A stretch of DNA of 64,000 nucleotides, taken from NCBI GenBank assembly GCA_964482645.1, contig CAYZYQ010000002.1, positions 21,111 to 85,110 of the forward strand, written 5' to 3'. The position numbers and the translations under genes were made by a program. This document shows, in pieces, positions 8,153-18,317 of the stretch. The notes beneath the pieces were generated by a model. That model had not been told where the DNA came from, made no database searches, and was given only the letters and a program-made list of their open reading frames with translations. The DNA comes from an uncultured Lentisphaeraceae bacterium. Lineage in GTDB: Bacteria > Verrucomicrobiota > Kiritimatiellia > RFP12 > UBA1067. Position 1 is the first letter of the stretch; every line of letters begins with the position of its first letter.

Positions 8153-9380
8153 ACTCCGCACAATAGACCTTTTCGCCGGGTGTGGCGGACTGATGGACGG
8201 TTTTATGCAAAGCGGTCGTTTCGATACGCTTGCCTGTGTGGAGTGGGAGGAAGCACCATGCCGAAATCTCGTGAACCGCTTGAAAACGAAATGGGGACAC
8301 GCAAACGCCGAGAGGGAAGTCCTGCGCTTCGACATTCAGCGAACGGATGAACTGTTCTATGGCTACGACGATCCGAAGTTCGGACGTGGCGACGGCCTTG
8401 ACAAGCTCGTTGGCGGGATGAAGATAGATGTCATTATCGGCGGGCCGCCTTGTCAGGCCTATTCGCTTGCGGGTAGAATCCGCGACGAGCATGGTATGCG
8501 CGATGACTATCGTAACTATCTGTTCGAGAGCTATCTTGAAGTCGTTAAGCGTTACCAACCAGACTTCTTTCTGTTCGAGAACGTAATTGGGATGTTGTCG
8601 GCGGCGCCGGACGGAAGACCGATAACGAAAAAGATACGAGCAAAGTTTTCAGATGCGGGTTATGTCGTTCTCCCAGATTTTAGGGATGCGGTTTTTTCGC
8701 TTTCAGACTACGGCATCCCCCAAAATCGTCGTCGCATTATCATTTTGGGCGTTCGCGAGGAAAGTTTTCCGAATACGTCCGCAGATATCATTCGAGATTT
8801 CTATGGACGTATCATGCCATCATACCGTCAGCCGAAACGAACGGTTGAAGAGGCGATTGGCGATTTGCCCAAATTGATTCCGACGATAGAGAGGGGGAAG
8901 GTGGTCTATCATCGTCAAGGCGAACGAATCGTTCCCAACCATTTCCCGAGAAAGCACAGCGTTCGCGATGTCAAGGTGTTTAAGTTGCTTACCGAAGACA
9001 TCGAGCAAGGTCGATTTGAGTATACGTCGATTGATCGTTTGAAAAAACTGTATACGGAAGTCACGGGTAAAACAAGCAACATTCACAAGTACTACGTTCT
9101 CCGCCGTGATCAGCAGAGCAATACAATTCCGGCTCATCTGCATAAAGACGGATTTCGACACATCCATCCTGATTCAGAGCAATGCAGGACATTGACGGTA
9201 CGCGAAGCCGCTAGGCTACAAACTTTTGACGACGATTATGAGTTTTATGGAAGTATGGGCGAACAATACAAAATGATTGGAAACGCTGTGCCGCCTGCGT
9301 TTGCAAAAATTCTTGCGCGGGCGATATGTGAAATCCATATGAAGTATTGTCCGTGGAAGATACACGATCTAAACACCTAA
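8145..9380 (+). CDS. DNA (cytosine-5)-methyltransferase (M3)
   Basis: FAGCGGLMDGF, GGPPCQAYSLAGR, ENVIGMLS, QNRRRIIILG, TVREAARLQTFDDDY, GNAVPP. There is an 8-nt overlap with M2. Confidence 0.9.
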   Translation: MPKLRTIDLFAGCGGLMDGFMQSGRFDTLACVEWEEAPCRNLVNRLKTKWGHANAEREVLRFDIQRTDELFYGYDDPKFGRGDGLDKLVGGMKIDVIIGGPPCQAYSLAGRIRDEHGMRDDYRNYLFESYLEVVKRYQPDFFLFENVIGMLSAAPDGRPITKKIRAKFSDAGYVVLPDFRDAVFSLSDYGIPQNRRRIIILGVREESFPNTSADIIRDFYGRIMPSYRQPKRTVEEAIGDLPKLIPTIERGKVVYHRQGERIVPNHFPRKHSVRDVKVFKLLTEDIEQGRFEYTSIDRLKKLYTEVTGKTSNIHKYYVLRRDQQSNTIPAHLHKDGFRHIHPDSEQCRTLTVREAARLQTFDDDYEFYGSMGEQYKMIGNAVPPAFAKILARAICEIHMKYCPWKIHDLNT

Positions 9381-9393
9381 AGAAGGAATTCAG

Positions 9394-10431
9394 ATGAATC
9401 GAAAAAGTCTTTTGCTTGTGTGCGCCCTTGTGGCGGGGAGTGGGCGCGTCTACGCCGAGAAGACGTGGTTTCCCGTGGAGGATGCCGCGCCCGTGGCATT
9501 GTTGCCGCCGCTTTTGGCAACGCCACAGTCGGTGGACGGACAAAGCGCACTTGTGGCGACGCGGACGCCGGAGGCCTATGTAACGTTGAGCGTTCCAAAC
9601 GCCGCGCCGGATGCGTCGTATGCGGTTTCCTATCCACTCACGCCGGCACGTCCGATTTCAGATACCTCGCTCGTTCAGGCGGATGTCGTGAACGCGGGCG
9701 ACGCTTCGGTCTCGTTGGGCATTGCGTTCCGTTTGAAGTCGGGCGGCGAATTTCGCTGGAATGTCAGTCTGCCGCCTGGTCGTCGGCAGGTCACCCTGTC
9801 GCCGGCGGATTGCGTGTCCGCCGTGCCGACTAATCGGTGGGCGGATGTCACCGGGCTTGTCCTGTCCGTCGCCGCGCGGACATCGGATGTCTGCAGTTCG
9901 CTGACGGTTCGCAACTTGTCCGCCATCGAGGCGTTCCAAATGCGCAGTCGGGGTGGTTGCCCATGGCCGGAGGAACGCGAACTCCTGCCCGCCGATCGGA
10001 CGCCCTGTGTCTTCACCTCGCGGGCGGGCGAGTTCAAAGGCAAGCCAGATGCGCGATCGTTCAAAATTCCCGTTGATGGCCGGGCACTCTTCGGCGATCT
10101 GCCGTTCCCCAGTTCGGGCGGTAAGCTCGTGCTGACCATCCGCGCCACCGATCCGCAGACGCGCGCCGTGGAAATCGGCTTCCATCAGTCCGATGGGGCA
10201 GTCTGGGGTTCGACCGCGCTGGCCATCAGCACGGAGTGGCAGGAGATCGTGTTGCCGTTCCGCCGGATGCAGTATTTCCGCCATTGGGGACTGCCCGCGC
10301 TCCCGCCCGACGCGAAACCGGACGCGATGAAATTTACGTCCGTCCACTTCTGTTTCGGAAAATGGCTGTGCGGGGATACGCTCGATCTGCCCCACGGCTT
10401 TGAGGTCAAGTCCATCAAGATCACGCAGTAG
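9394..10431 (+). CDS. secreted hypothetical protein
   Basis: RBS AAGGAA, then a signal peptide MNRKSLLLVCALVAGSGRVYA. GC3-rich frame. No family recognised. Confidence 0.5.
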   Translation: MNRKSLLLVCALVAGSGRVYAEKTWFPVEDAAPVALLPPLLATPQSVDGQSALVATRTPEAYVTLSVPNAAPDASYAVSYPLTPARPISDTSLVQADVVNAGDASVSLGIAFRLKSGGEFRWNVSLPPGRRQVTLSPADCVSAVPTNRWADVTGLVLSVAARTSDVCSSLTVRNLSAIEAFQMRSRGGCPWPEERELLPADRTPCVFTSRAGEFKGKPDARSFKIPVDGRALFGDLPFPSSGGKLVLTIRATDPQTRAVEIGFHQSDGAVWGSTALAISTEWQEIVLPFRRMQYFRHWGLPALPPDAKPDAMKFTSVHFCFGKWLCGDTLDLPHGFEVKSIKITQ

Positions 10432-10443
10432 GAGGTTTGGGAG

Positions 10444-11526
10444 ATGAAAGTGAAATCGATTTTTCGTTCGTGGAGCGCTCTCGTTCTCGCGGCGGTGTTG
10501 ATGGGGTCGCCGGCGGCGTTGGCCGTCGGCTGGGATCGGTCGTTGGACGAGTTTCCCGCGTGTGCGGATGAAGCGGATGACACGGCGCGGTTGCAACGCG
10601 CTATCGACGCGACGCCCGACGGCGTTCTTTACATCCCGCGCGGCGTCTACCGCATTTCGCGTCCGTTGAACGTGCGGAATCTTTGTTCGCTCGACCTCCA
10701 CAAGAGCGCGGTGTTGCAGGCCGTGGCGGACATGGCATTCGTCGTGGAAGTCAATAGTTCGAACGCGCGTGCGCACGACTACAACGTTTTTATTTCCGGG
10801 GGTGTCATCGACGGCGCCGGCCGCGCCTCCTGTCTGCGCCTGACGGGATTCGCGCACTTCACGTTGAAGGACATGACGTTCCTCAACGGGCGGATGGATG
10901 GGTTGCGCGTGGTCGGCGGCTACGAGTTGATCGCGAACAACCTCTACTTCAAATGTACGCAGTCGGGGCTTGCAGGGAACATTGCCGTCAACGTGCAAGG
11001 CGGGGACAGCCATTACACAGACTGTGTGGTGGTCGACTACACGATCGGCTTCAATATCGCGAAAGGCGGCTCGAACCGTCTGACGCGCTGCCACGTGTGG
11101 GGCGGCCCCCTGCCGTCCGTCAAGCCGGGCGAGCCGCGTGAAATGCTCAAGGATTCCGTCAACTTCCGCATCGGCCCCCAGGCGGGCAGCACGATTCTGC
11201 GCGACTGCTATGCCGACACGGGGAAAGTCGGCTATGAAATCGGCGGATGGGACACGCGTCTTCTGGGCTGTTCGTATTTTAACAACTACGGGTTCAAGCT
11301 CGATGACGTGACGGTCATCAAGCATCTGCGTGGCCGCTTGCTCGTGTCGGAAGGCGCATTCGTCAAGACGTCGCCGAAATGCACGGTCTACGAAGGGTGC
11401 GGACAAGTCGAGTGGTACAACATGATGTATTCGGGATTCGCCGCCACGGACGTCTGTCCGGGTGCGCTTACATTCCAGAAGAAGAGCGCGGTCGACCAGC
11501 CGGCGCTCAAACTGGCCGGGGAATGA
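10444..11526 (+). CDS. secreted right-handed beta-helix protein (pectate-lyase-3 / GH28-related fold)
   Basis: RBS AGGAGG and a signal peptide. The N-terminal block DDTARLQRAIDATPDGVLYIPRGVYRISRPL is typical of Pectate_lyase_3-type beta-helix proteins. Confidence 0.6.
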   Translation: MKVKSIFRSWSALVLAAVLMGSPAALAVGWDRSLDEFPACADEADDTARLQRAIDATPDGVLYIPRGVYRISRPLNVRNLCSLDLHKSAVLQAVADMAFVVEVNSSNARAHDYNVFISGGVIDGAGRASCLRLTGFAHFTLKDMTFLNGRMDGLRVVGGYELIANNLYFKCTQSGLAGNIAVNVQGGDSHYTDCVVVDYTIGFNIAKGGSNRLTRCHVWGGPLPSVKPGEPREMLKDSVNFRIGPQAGSTILRDCYADTGKVGYEIGGWDTRLLGCSYFNNYGFKLDDVTVIKHLRGRLLVSEGAFVKTSPKCTVYEGCGQVEWYNMMYSGFAATDVCPGALTFQKKSAVDQPALKLAGE

Positions 11527-11539
11527 CGGAGGTGCGCCG

Positions 11540-14059
11540 ATGAGACTGAAATCGATTGCACGGGGGGCATGGGCTTTCGGTCTGGCGACGTCCTTGGTGG
11601 CGGCGGGCGCGTCCGCCGCGCCGGCTGTGCGCGAGATGTTTTTCGATGAAATTCCGGATGACGAGGCCGCCTGGATTTGTCCCGACGAACCGTTTGCGGA
11701 TGGCCTCAACAAACCGCGCTACTACCGGCGGACATTCGAGACGCGCACGGGGCTTGTCTCGGCCACGGGGCGGTGGTGGGTGGACGACACGGCACGTTTC
11801 TTCCTTGACGGGCGGCCGTGTTCGAGCGCGGCGCGGACGGTCGACCGGCCTGTCGATTTCACGACAGCGTTGAAAACACCGGGCCGTCACGTACTGGCCA
11901 TTGAGGGTACGAATCTCGCGGGAACGGGGGGCGTGTGCCTCGCGCTTGAACTCGTCTACGCCGATGGCACGACGAACCGTGTCGTGTCGGCGACCGACTG
12001 GCGGTGCGCCACGAATCGAATCGACGGCTGGGAGCAACCGGCGTTCGACGATGCCGCCTGGCCGACGGCGCGGCGGCATGACCATCTCTACGCCGCGCCA
12101 TGGTGTACGTTTGCAGACATGACAAGCCTCGCATCCGCCCGCGAACAGGAACGCCTTACCGACCTGGCGGCGCGTCAACGCCAACGTCTCGCCGCCGTGG
12201 AGGCCGCCCTTGCACAGGAGACGAAAGCCCCCGCCCGTATCGTCTACGAACAGGGAAAGCCATTGTTCGAGATGGGCGGACGGCGCTTCGAGACGACGTT
12301 CTACAATTGTTCGGAAGGGTGGAGCGTCCACAATTCCGCGCTCCATCGTCAGGTGGCGATGTTCCGTGACGCAGGGATGCACGTTTACGGCATTGGCGTA
12401 AACACGCCGCAGACGTGGCGGCCCGACGGCTCGATTGATTTCGACAACGCGATCGCGAAAATCAAGTCGGTGCTGGCGCTCGATCCCGATGCGCGGTTCC
12501 AGTTTTGTTTCGACACGTCTGCGCCGCCGGGCTGGTGGGTGCAAAAGCATCACGATGAACTCATCGGCTATGCGAACGGCACGGTGGATTTCGGACAAGT
12601 CATCCAGACGAAGAACATGGCCGTGCCGTCGTTCGCGTCGCGTCTCTGGCGACGGGAAATGGCGGATTTTCTCTCTCGCTTTACGTCCTTCCTCGAATCC
12701 ACGCCGTACGCCGTACGTATTCTTTCCTATCGTCCCGATTTCGGCATCCATCACGAATGGCATACCTACGGGATGTGTGATGGGCTGATGCCCGACAACG
12801 GGCGTGCCATGACGGCGGCGTTTCGCGACTGGTTGCGCGTCCGCTATCGCGACGACCTTGCGGCATTGCGCACGGCGTGGCGCGATTCAACGGTCACGTT
12901 CGAGACGGCGCAAACGCCGACCGTCACCGCGCGTCTCAAGCGCTCGGCGGATCCGTATCGTGACCCCGTGAAAGATCGTGCGGTGATTGACTACGAGATC
13001 TGTCATGCCGAACAGGTGCGGGATTGTCTGTTCGCGTTCAACCGCGCCGTCAAGGAGGCTTGTGGCGGTCGTGCCCTCGTGGGCAACTACTGCGGCTACT
13101 TTTTCGGGATGCCATTTGCGGCGGAGGGATTTCATCTCGCGAACAACGACTTGCTGGATTCGCCGTGGGTTGACTTCCAATGTTCGCCGTACGTCTACGG
13201 TCCCGCTTCGCGCGCGCCCGGCAACGTCCAGTACGCGCGGTGTCTGCTGGAAGGTCTGCGGCGGCGCGGCAAGTTGGCGTTGCTGGAGGCGGACAACGTG
13301 CCGTCGGGCTTCCCTGAACATCCGCATGGGAACTACACGACGAACATTGAGGAGGATATCGCCCTGCTTGCACGCGATTTCGTGCAAACGCTCTGCTGGG
13401 GTTGTGGCTATTGGTATTTCGATTTCGGCATTGGTTGGTACGACCATCCCGCGTTCGGCACGTTCTTCAAGAAGATCTATCCGATTCGCGAACGGGTGAA
13501 GGACTGCCGCAGTGTGTCCGAGGTTCTGGTGGTGGGCGATTATGACAGCGTAATGTACGTGGCCGTGCCGGGACAGGAAGTTCGGCATCAACGGCAGTCC
13601 ACCGACCTTGTGAACGCGTTCGGTCATGCCGGTGTCCCGTTCGACTCGGCGGAACTGGCGGACGTGGCGAGTGGCAAGTTGAAGGACTACAAAGTCTACC
13701 TCTTCTGCAATCTTGTTCATCGGACGCCGGAGAAGTTGCGAATCGTGGAGGCGTTGAAGGCACGGGGGAAGACGGTCGTGCTGCCTGACGTTCCGACGGA
13801 CGCGGCCGAATTGCGTCGTCTGCTGGCGGTGGCGGGCGTACATATTTGGAACGCCGATCCGCAAACCGCGATCTATGCGAACGCCTCCTGCGTGGCGCTC
13901 CATTCGGCCGTGCCGGGCGAGAAGACGATTCGGCTGCCGTCTCCGCGCCGCGTGACGATGCGCTACCCGGAGGAACGGCTCGTGTCGGAACGTACCGATA
14001 CGATTGTCTTCACGCCCCGCGAACAGACGATTTCCACAACTCTTTTCACGTTTGACTGA
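11540..14059 (+). CDS. secreted hypothetical protein, probable glycoside hydrolase
   Basis: ATG 11540 inside ORF 11462..14059. Signal peptide MRLKSIARGAWAFGLATSLVAAGASA. Long GC3-rich ORF within a glycan-active block. The family was not recognised with confidence. Confidence 0.5.
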   Translation: MRLKSIARGAWAFGLATSLVAAGASAAPAVREMFFDEIPDDEAAWICPDEPFADGLNKPRYYRRTFETRTGLVSATGRWWVDDTARFFLDGRPCSSAARTVDRPVDFTTALKTPGRHVLAIEGTNLAGTGGVCLALELVYADGTTNRVVSATDWRCATNRIDGWEQPAFDDAAWPTARRHDHLYAAPWCTFADMTSLASAREQERLTDLAARQRQRLAAVEAALAQETKAPARIVYEQGKPLFEMGGRRFETTFYNCSEGWSVHNSALHRQVAMFRDAGMHVYGIGVNTPQTWRPDGSIDFDNAIAKIKSVLALDPDARFQFCFDTSAPPGWWVQKHHDELIGYANGTVDFGQVIQTKNMAVPSFASRLWRREMADFLSRFTSFLESTPYAVRILSYRPDFGIHHEWHTYGMCDGLMPDNGRAMTAAFRDWLRVRYRDDLAALRTAWRDSTVTFETAQTPTVTARLKRSADPYRDPVKDRAVIDYEICHAEQVRDCLFAFNRAVKEACGGRALVGNYCGYFFGMPFAAEGFHLANNDLLDSPWVDFQCSPYVYGPASRAPGNVQYARCLLEGLRRRGKLALLEADNVPSGFPEHPHGNYTTNIEEDIALLARDFVQTLCWGCGYWYFDFGIGWYDHPAFGTFFKKIYPIRERVKDCRSVSEVLVVGDYDSVMYVAVPGQEVRHQRQSTDLVNAFGHAGVPFDSAELADVASGKLKDYKVYLFCNLVHRTPEKLRIVEALKARGKTVVLPDVPTDAAELRRLLAVAGVHIWNADPQTAIYANASCVALHSAVPGEKTIRLPSPRRVTMRYPEERLVSERTDTIVFTPREQTISTTLFTFD

Positions 14060-14136
14060 ACACACTCGATGACGGCCGATTGATGACGACCGTCGGTTTA
14101 TTCACACACGCATACAAGTAGCAAAAGGAAAATCCC

Positions 14137-16116
14137 ATGAAGAGAAGTCTGGTCTGTGCGGCAGTTCTAGCCGCCATCGGTATGGTCGGTGCGGACATTC
14201 CGCCGCCGTGGATGCCCGTACGGGCGTTGGATGGCAAGGTCTCCGTCTGGGGGCGCGACTATACGTTCGCGTCGAACGCCCTGCCCGTCGCAATCCGCGC
14301 GGTCGGGATGGATTTGCTCACCGCGCCCATGCGCCTTGTCTGCACGGACGCGAAGGGTACGAACATCGTCTGGACGAAGGGCGGCAGCTGGATTCAGGAG
14401 CAGGACGATGAATCCGCGACGGTCTGCGCATGGCAGGGTTCAACGGTCGTCGCGGCCGACGTGACGGCGCGAATCGAATACGACGGCATGGCCGAAATCA
14501 GCCTGGCGCTCGTGCCGGGGCGGAAGTTCCCCGACGTCTACACGATCGGCAAGGCGTGGTTGGAGATTCCGCTTGCGTCCGACTGTGCGACGCTCTACCA
14601 CTTCTCGCCCGCGTCCTGGAGCAAGCTGGACAACGTGGGCGCGGTGGAAGGGCCGATGGCGTTTCCGTTCCGCTGCGCGTTCTGGCTGGGGAACGAGACG
14701 GGCGGCCTGTGCTGGTTCAGCGAAAGCAGCGAGGGCTTCCAGAACGCCGATCCGGAGCGGACGATCGAAGTGATTCCGCAGGGGAAGACGACGCTCCTGC
14801 GCATTCGTCTGGCGGACAAGAACCTGACGTTGCCGGCGACCTGGCGGTTCGGCCTTCAGGCGACGCCCGTGAAGCCGTGGCCGAAGGCACGTGCCGTTGA
14901 CCACAAGGTTCACGCCCCGCAGATGGGCGCGGGCATCACGATCAAGGCCCCGACCGAGTGGTGGACGTGCCAGCGCGCGTTCCCCGACGGGAAGATCGCC
15001 GAATCGCTCGACCGCGCGAAGGCCCAGGGCGCGACGACGATCGTCTTCCACGAGGACTGGGTGCCCGTGCAGAACTGCCCCACGCCCCGGCCGGACTTCA
15101 AGGCCATCGTTGACCAGTGCCATGCGCGGGGGATGAAGGTGTTCATCTACCAGGGCTACGAACTCTCGCCGCTCGACCCCGCCTGGGGCCGTCACCACAA
15201 GGACTGGCTGGCGGTGAACGAGAAGGGCCATTTCACCGGCGTCTGGTATCGCGAGCCGGGCCAGCGCGACTACCGCGTCTGCTACCAGAACGCCTTTGCG
15301 GACGAATGGCTGGCGCGCGTGAAGAAGGCCTACGACGAACTCGAACTCGACGGCCTCTACTTCGACGGCACGGTCATGCCGCGCGCCTGCGCGAACGAAC
15401 GGCACGGCTGCGGCTGGCGTGACGCGAACGGCAAGCTTCACGAGACGTATCCGTTCTTCGCCGTGCGCGACATGATGAAGAAGCTCTACACGTTCGTGAA
15501 GTCGCGCGGCGGCGAAGTGGACGCCCACCAGAGCGGCTACATCTGCCCCGCGACGCTCGCGTTCGCCGACACGTACTGGGACGGCGAGCAGCTGGCCGTC
15601 TCCACGCAGAACATCAAGAAGAACCTGAACCTCGCGGCGTTCCGCGCGGAGTTCATGGGCCGCAACCACGGCGTGCCGTGCGAGTTCCTCGCCTACGAGC
15701 GTCCGGGGAAGTGGTCGATGGAGGACGCCTGGACGCTCTCGCTGCTGCACGACGTGATGGTGCGTCCCTGCGGCATCGTCAACATCCCGCAGGTCGCCGA
15801 CGTCTGGAAGGCGCTGGACGACTTCGGCATTGGCGACGCGACGTGGACGCCCTACTGGAAAAAGCCCGTGTCGGGATTGCCCGAAAAGGTCGAGGCGAGC
15901 GTCTACCGCAAGGGCGCGGATACGCTGACAGTCGTCTCCAACCTGTCGGACGAAAAGCCGGCGACGGTCGCCCTGACGCTCCCGGCGGGCGCGACGTGCG
16001 CGTTCGATGCGCGAAAAGGGACGGCGCTGGCGGTTGAAGACGGCAAGGTCAAAGTGGAACTGCCGCCGTTCCGCATGGCGATCATCCGTTGGACGGTCGG
16101 CGCGTCGGCGGATTGA
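14137..16116 (+). CDS. secreted hypothetical protein, probable glycoside hydrolase-like
   Basis: RBS AAGGAAA and signal peptide MKRSLVCAAVLAAIGMVGA. 659 aa. The function is inferred from context only. Confidence 0.5.
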   Translation: MKRSLVCAAVLAAIGMVGADIPPPWMPVRALDGKVSVWGRDYTFASNALPVAIRAVGMDLLTAPMRLVCTDAKGTNIVWTKGGSWIQEQDDESATVCAWQGSTVVAADVTARIEYDGMAEISLALVPGRKFPDVYTIGKAWLEIPLASDCATLYHFSPASWSKLDNVGAVEGPMAFPFRCAFWLGNETGGLCWFSESSEGFQNADPERTIEVIPQGKTTLLRIRLADKNLTLPATWRFGLQATPVKPWPKARAVDHKVHAPQMGAGITIKAPTEWWTCQRAFPDGKIAESLDRAKAQGATTIVFHEDWVPVQNCPTPRPDFKAIVDQCHARGMKVFIYQGYELSPLDPAWGRHHKDWLAVNEKGHFTGVWYREPGQRDYRVCYQNAFADEWLARVKKAYDELELDGLYFDGTVMPRACANERHGCGWRDANGKLHETYPFFAVRDMMKKLYTFVKSRGGEVDAHQSGYICPATLAFADTYWDGEQLAVSTQNIKKNLNLAAFRAEFMGRNHGVPCEFLAYERPGKWSMEDAWTLSLLHDVMVRPCGIVNIPQVADVWKALDDFGIGDATWTPYWKKPVSGLPEKVEASVYRKGADTLTVVSNLSDEKPATVALTLPAGATCAFDARKGTALAVEDGKVKVELPPFRMAIIRWTVGASAD

Positions 16117-16798
16117 AGCGGTAGCCCGTGCCGTAGACCGTCTCGATCAACGCGGCATCGGTGTCCAGTTTCTTGCGGACCAGCGCGACGTGCTGGTCCA
16201 GCGTCCGCGTCGATCCCAAGTAAGAGACGCCCCAGAGTTCGTTCAGCAGACGGTCGCGCGTCAGAATCTCGCCCGGATGGGCAAGGAGCAGACGGAGCAG
16301 ACCGAACTCAAGCGTTGTCAGCGGCGTCTCCTGCTGGGTGGCAATGGTGCGCAACGTGTGGCGTTTCAGATCGAGTTCATGCGTTCCGCACGGAAGCGCC
16401 GTCCAGCCTTTCGCCTGTTGTTCCGTCTCCAGCGCCCGAGCACGGCGCAGGAGCGCGGACACGCGGGCGATGAGTTCGCGGATGCCGAACGGCTTCGTCA
16501 GGTAGTCGTCCGCGCCAATTTCCAGGCCAAGTACTTTATCGGCCTCCGACGTCTTCGCCGTCAGCATGATAATCGGCAGCGTCTTGTCCGTCTTCCGGAT
16601 TTCCGTACAGACCGTATAGCCGCTTTTCTTCGGCATCATGACGTCCAGCAGCATGAGATCGGGTCGTTGTTGCGCGTAGGCCGTCAACGCGGCCGCGCCG
16701 TCGGCGACGGCGTGAACGTGGTGGCCTTGCCCTTCAAGCGCCACGGGCAACCATTCGCGAATGTGTTTGTCGTCTTCAGCCAACAGGATTTCAGCCAT
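16082..16798 (-). CDS. OmpR-family response regulator
   Basis: The receiver domain reads ILLAEDD...DLMLLDVMMP...IIMLTAK...DDYLTKPF. The C-terminal winged-helix domain reads LTTLEFGLLRLLLAHPGEILTRDRLL...TLDQHVALVRKKL...YGTGYRF. Confidence 0.9.
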   Translation of the reverse strand: MAEILLAEDDKHIREWLPVALEGQGHHVHAVADGAAALTAYAQQRPDLMLLDVMMPKKSGYTVCTEIRKTDKTLPIIMLTAKTSEADKVLGLEIGADDYLTKPFGIRELIARVSALLRRARALETEQQAKGWTALPCGTHELDLKRHTLRTIATQQETPLTTLEFGLLRLLLAHPGEILTRDRLLNELWGVSYLGSTRTLDQHVALVRKKLDTDAALIETVYGTGYRFNPPTRRPSNG

Positions 16799-18317
16799 TT
16801 GTCATGCCCTCCTTTAACCAGATTGTGAATTCACAGCCTCCGCCGTCGCGTAAGGCCACTGTCAAATCTCCACCCATGCCACGTGCGAACTGCCGGGCGA
16901 TGCTCAGGCCAAGTCCGCTCCCGCCGAACTCGCACGTCATGGAATCGTCGCCGCGCCAGAAACGCTCGAACATCTTTTCGAGGTTTTCGGGTTTGACGCC
17001 TGGCCCGCGGTCGCGGACGTGCAACGCGACGCGCCCCCGCGTCCGGCGTTCCGCCACGACTTCGGGCGGTCCGCCCGCCGCCGCATACTTGGCCGCGTTC
17101 TCCAGCAGATTGCGCAGCGCGTGGTGCAGTCCGCCAGTGTCCGCTTTCACGATGATGTCCGGCGGAATCTGCGCATCCGGCGCGAGTTCGGACACGACGG
17201 AGATGAGCGGGAAGTTCCGCAGTTCAAACGAGTAGCGGTTTCTTTCCAGTCGACTGAAATTCAGGACGTCCGTCACCATCTCCGTCAGGCGTCCCGTCTC
17301 CTCCATGATCGACCGTCCCGCTTCGCGGCGTTTCTGCGCGTCTGGCAGAAGATCTTCCGCAATCAGTTCGGCGCACATGCGGATGGACGTCAGCGGCGTC
17401 TTGAATTCGTGAGAGACGTTCGATACGAAGTCCGTCTTCATGAGCGATTCGGCGCGGGCGCGGTTCGCGGCGCGGAGGAGGAGGCCGCCGCCCGCGACGA
17501 GCGAGGTGACGAGCAGGGCGAGCAGACAGGAACCGTTCGCCACGAGCGTCCATGACGCGCCCGCCATCACTTCGTTTCCATTCCGCCACATTACGCGGAT
17601 GCGCATCCCCGGCAGCAAGGCGTCCAGCGGCGCTTCGCCGTAGATTGACCCCGGATGCGGTTCCGAGGACGCGGGCAGGACAATGCGGTCGTGGTGATCG
17701 CGGACTTCGGCGATCGTCGCGCGGGGGGATGTGTTGCCGGGATTGTCCGTCCCGTTGGCCACGAGCGCGGCTGGAATACGCGAGAGCGGCGTAAGCACGT
17801 CGATTTCCATGCCGCAGACGACATTCGTCGCCACGCGAATCCAACTGATGACGTCGGGTCCGTTTACGCCCAACCCAACCGTCCAACCCGAAATCGATTC
17901 GGGCCAGTCGTCGACCCACGTGGCGTCGGGTCCGAGTTGCAGCCCTTTGCGCAACAGGAACGCCCGTTGGACGTCCGTGCCGTTTTCCGCCGTTGGCCAG
18001 ACGATGCCACGGCCCGCCTCCCAGATGAACACGTTGCGCACGTAGGGATCGTGTTTCATCAGCCAGGTGAGCATTTCCTGACGTTCCTTCGCGTTCCCCG
18101 CCAACCGTGCCACGCGGGCGAGTTGTCCGTCGCCGACCGAACGAATCTGCGAACAGATGTCCGACGCGGCGTATTGTGCGCGAGCCTGCAATGACGCCTG
18201 TTCGGCCTCTTGGGCACGGGCGGCTTCGCGGAAGAGGAGGCGAATGCCCCAGACGGTCAACAAAATGGCCGGTGCGCCGATCGCCAGAAAATAGAGCCGA
18301 AGGTCACGATTGATCAT
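16791..18317 (-). CDS. sensor histidine kinase
   Basis: ATG 18317 inside ORF 16791..18530. Two TM segments, an H-box SHEFKTPLTSI, and an HATPase region NLLENAAKYA...RDRGPGV...GGSGLGLSIA. It overlaps both neighbouring genes. Confidence 0.85.
   Translation of the reverse strand: MINRDLRLYFLAIGAPAILLTVWGIRLLFREAARAQEAEQASLQARAQYAASDICSQIRSVGDGQLARVARLAGNAKERQEMLTWLMKHDPYVRNVFIWEAGRGIVWPTAENGTDVQRAFLLRKGLQLGPDATWVDDWPESISGWTVGLGVNGPDVISWIRVATNVVCGMEIDVLTPLSRIPAALVANGTDNPGNTSPRATIAEVRDHHDRIVLPASSEPHPGSIYGEAPLDALLPGMRIRVMWRNGNEVMAGASWTLVANGSCLLALLVTSLVAGGGLLLRAANRARAESLMKTDFVSNVSHEFKTPLTSIRMCAELIAEDLLPDAQKRREAGRSIMEETGRLTEMVTDVLNFSRLERNRYSFELRNFPLISVVSELAPDAQIPPDIIVKADTGGLHHALRNLLENAAKYAAAGGPPEVVAERRTRGRVALHVRDRGPGVKPENLEKMFERFWRGDDSMTCEFGGSGLGLSIARQFARGMGGDLTVALRDGGGCEFTIWLKEGMTNG

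Noticed and set aside
14071-14100. A hairpin after the 11540..14059 gene as a terminator.
   Set aside because: It has only a 5-bp stem (GACGG/CCGTC), a 14-nt loop and a weak T-run, which is not convincing.
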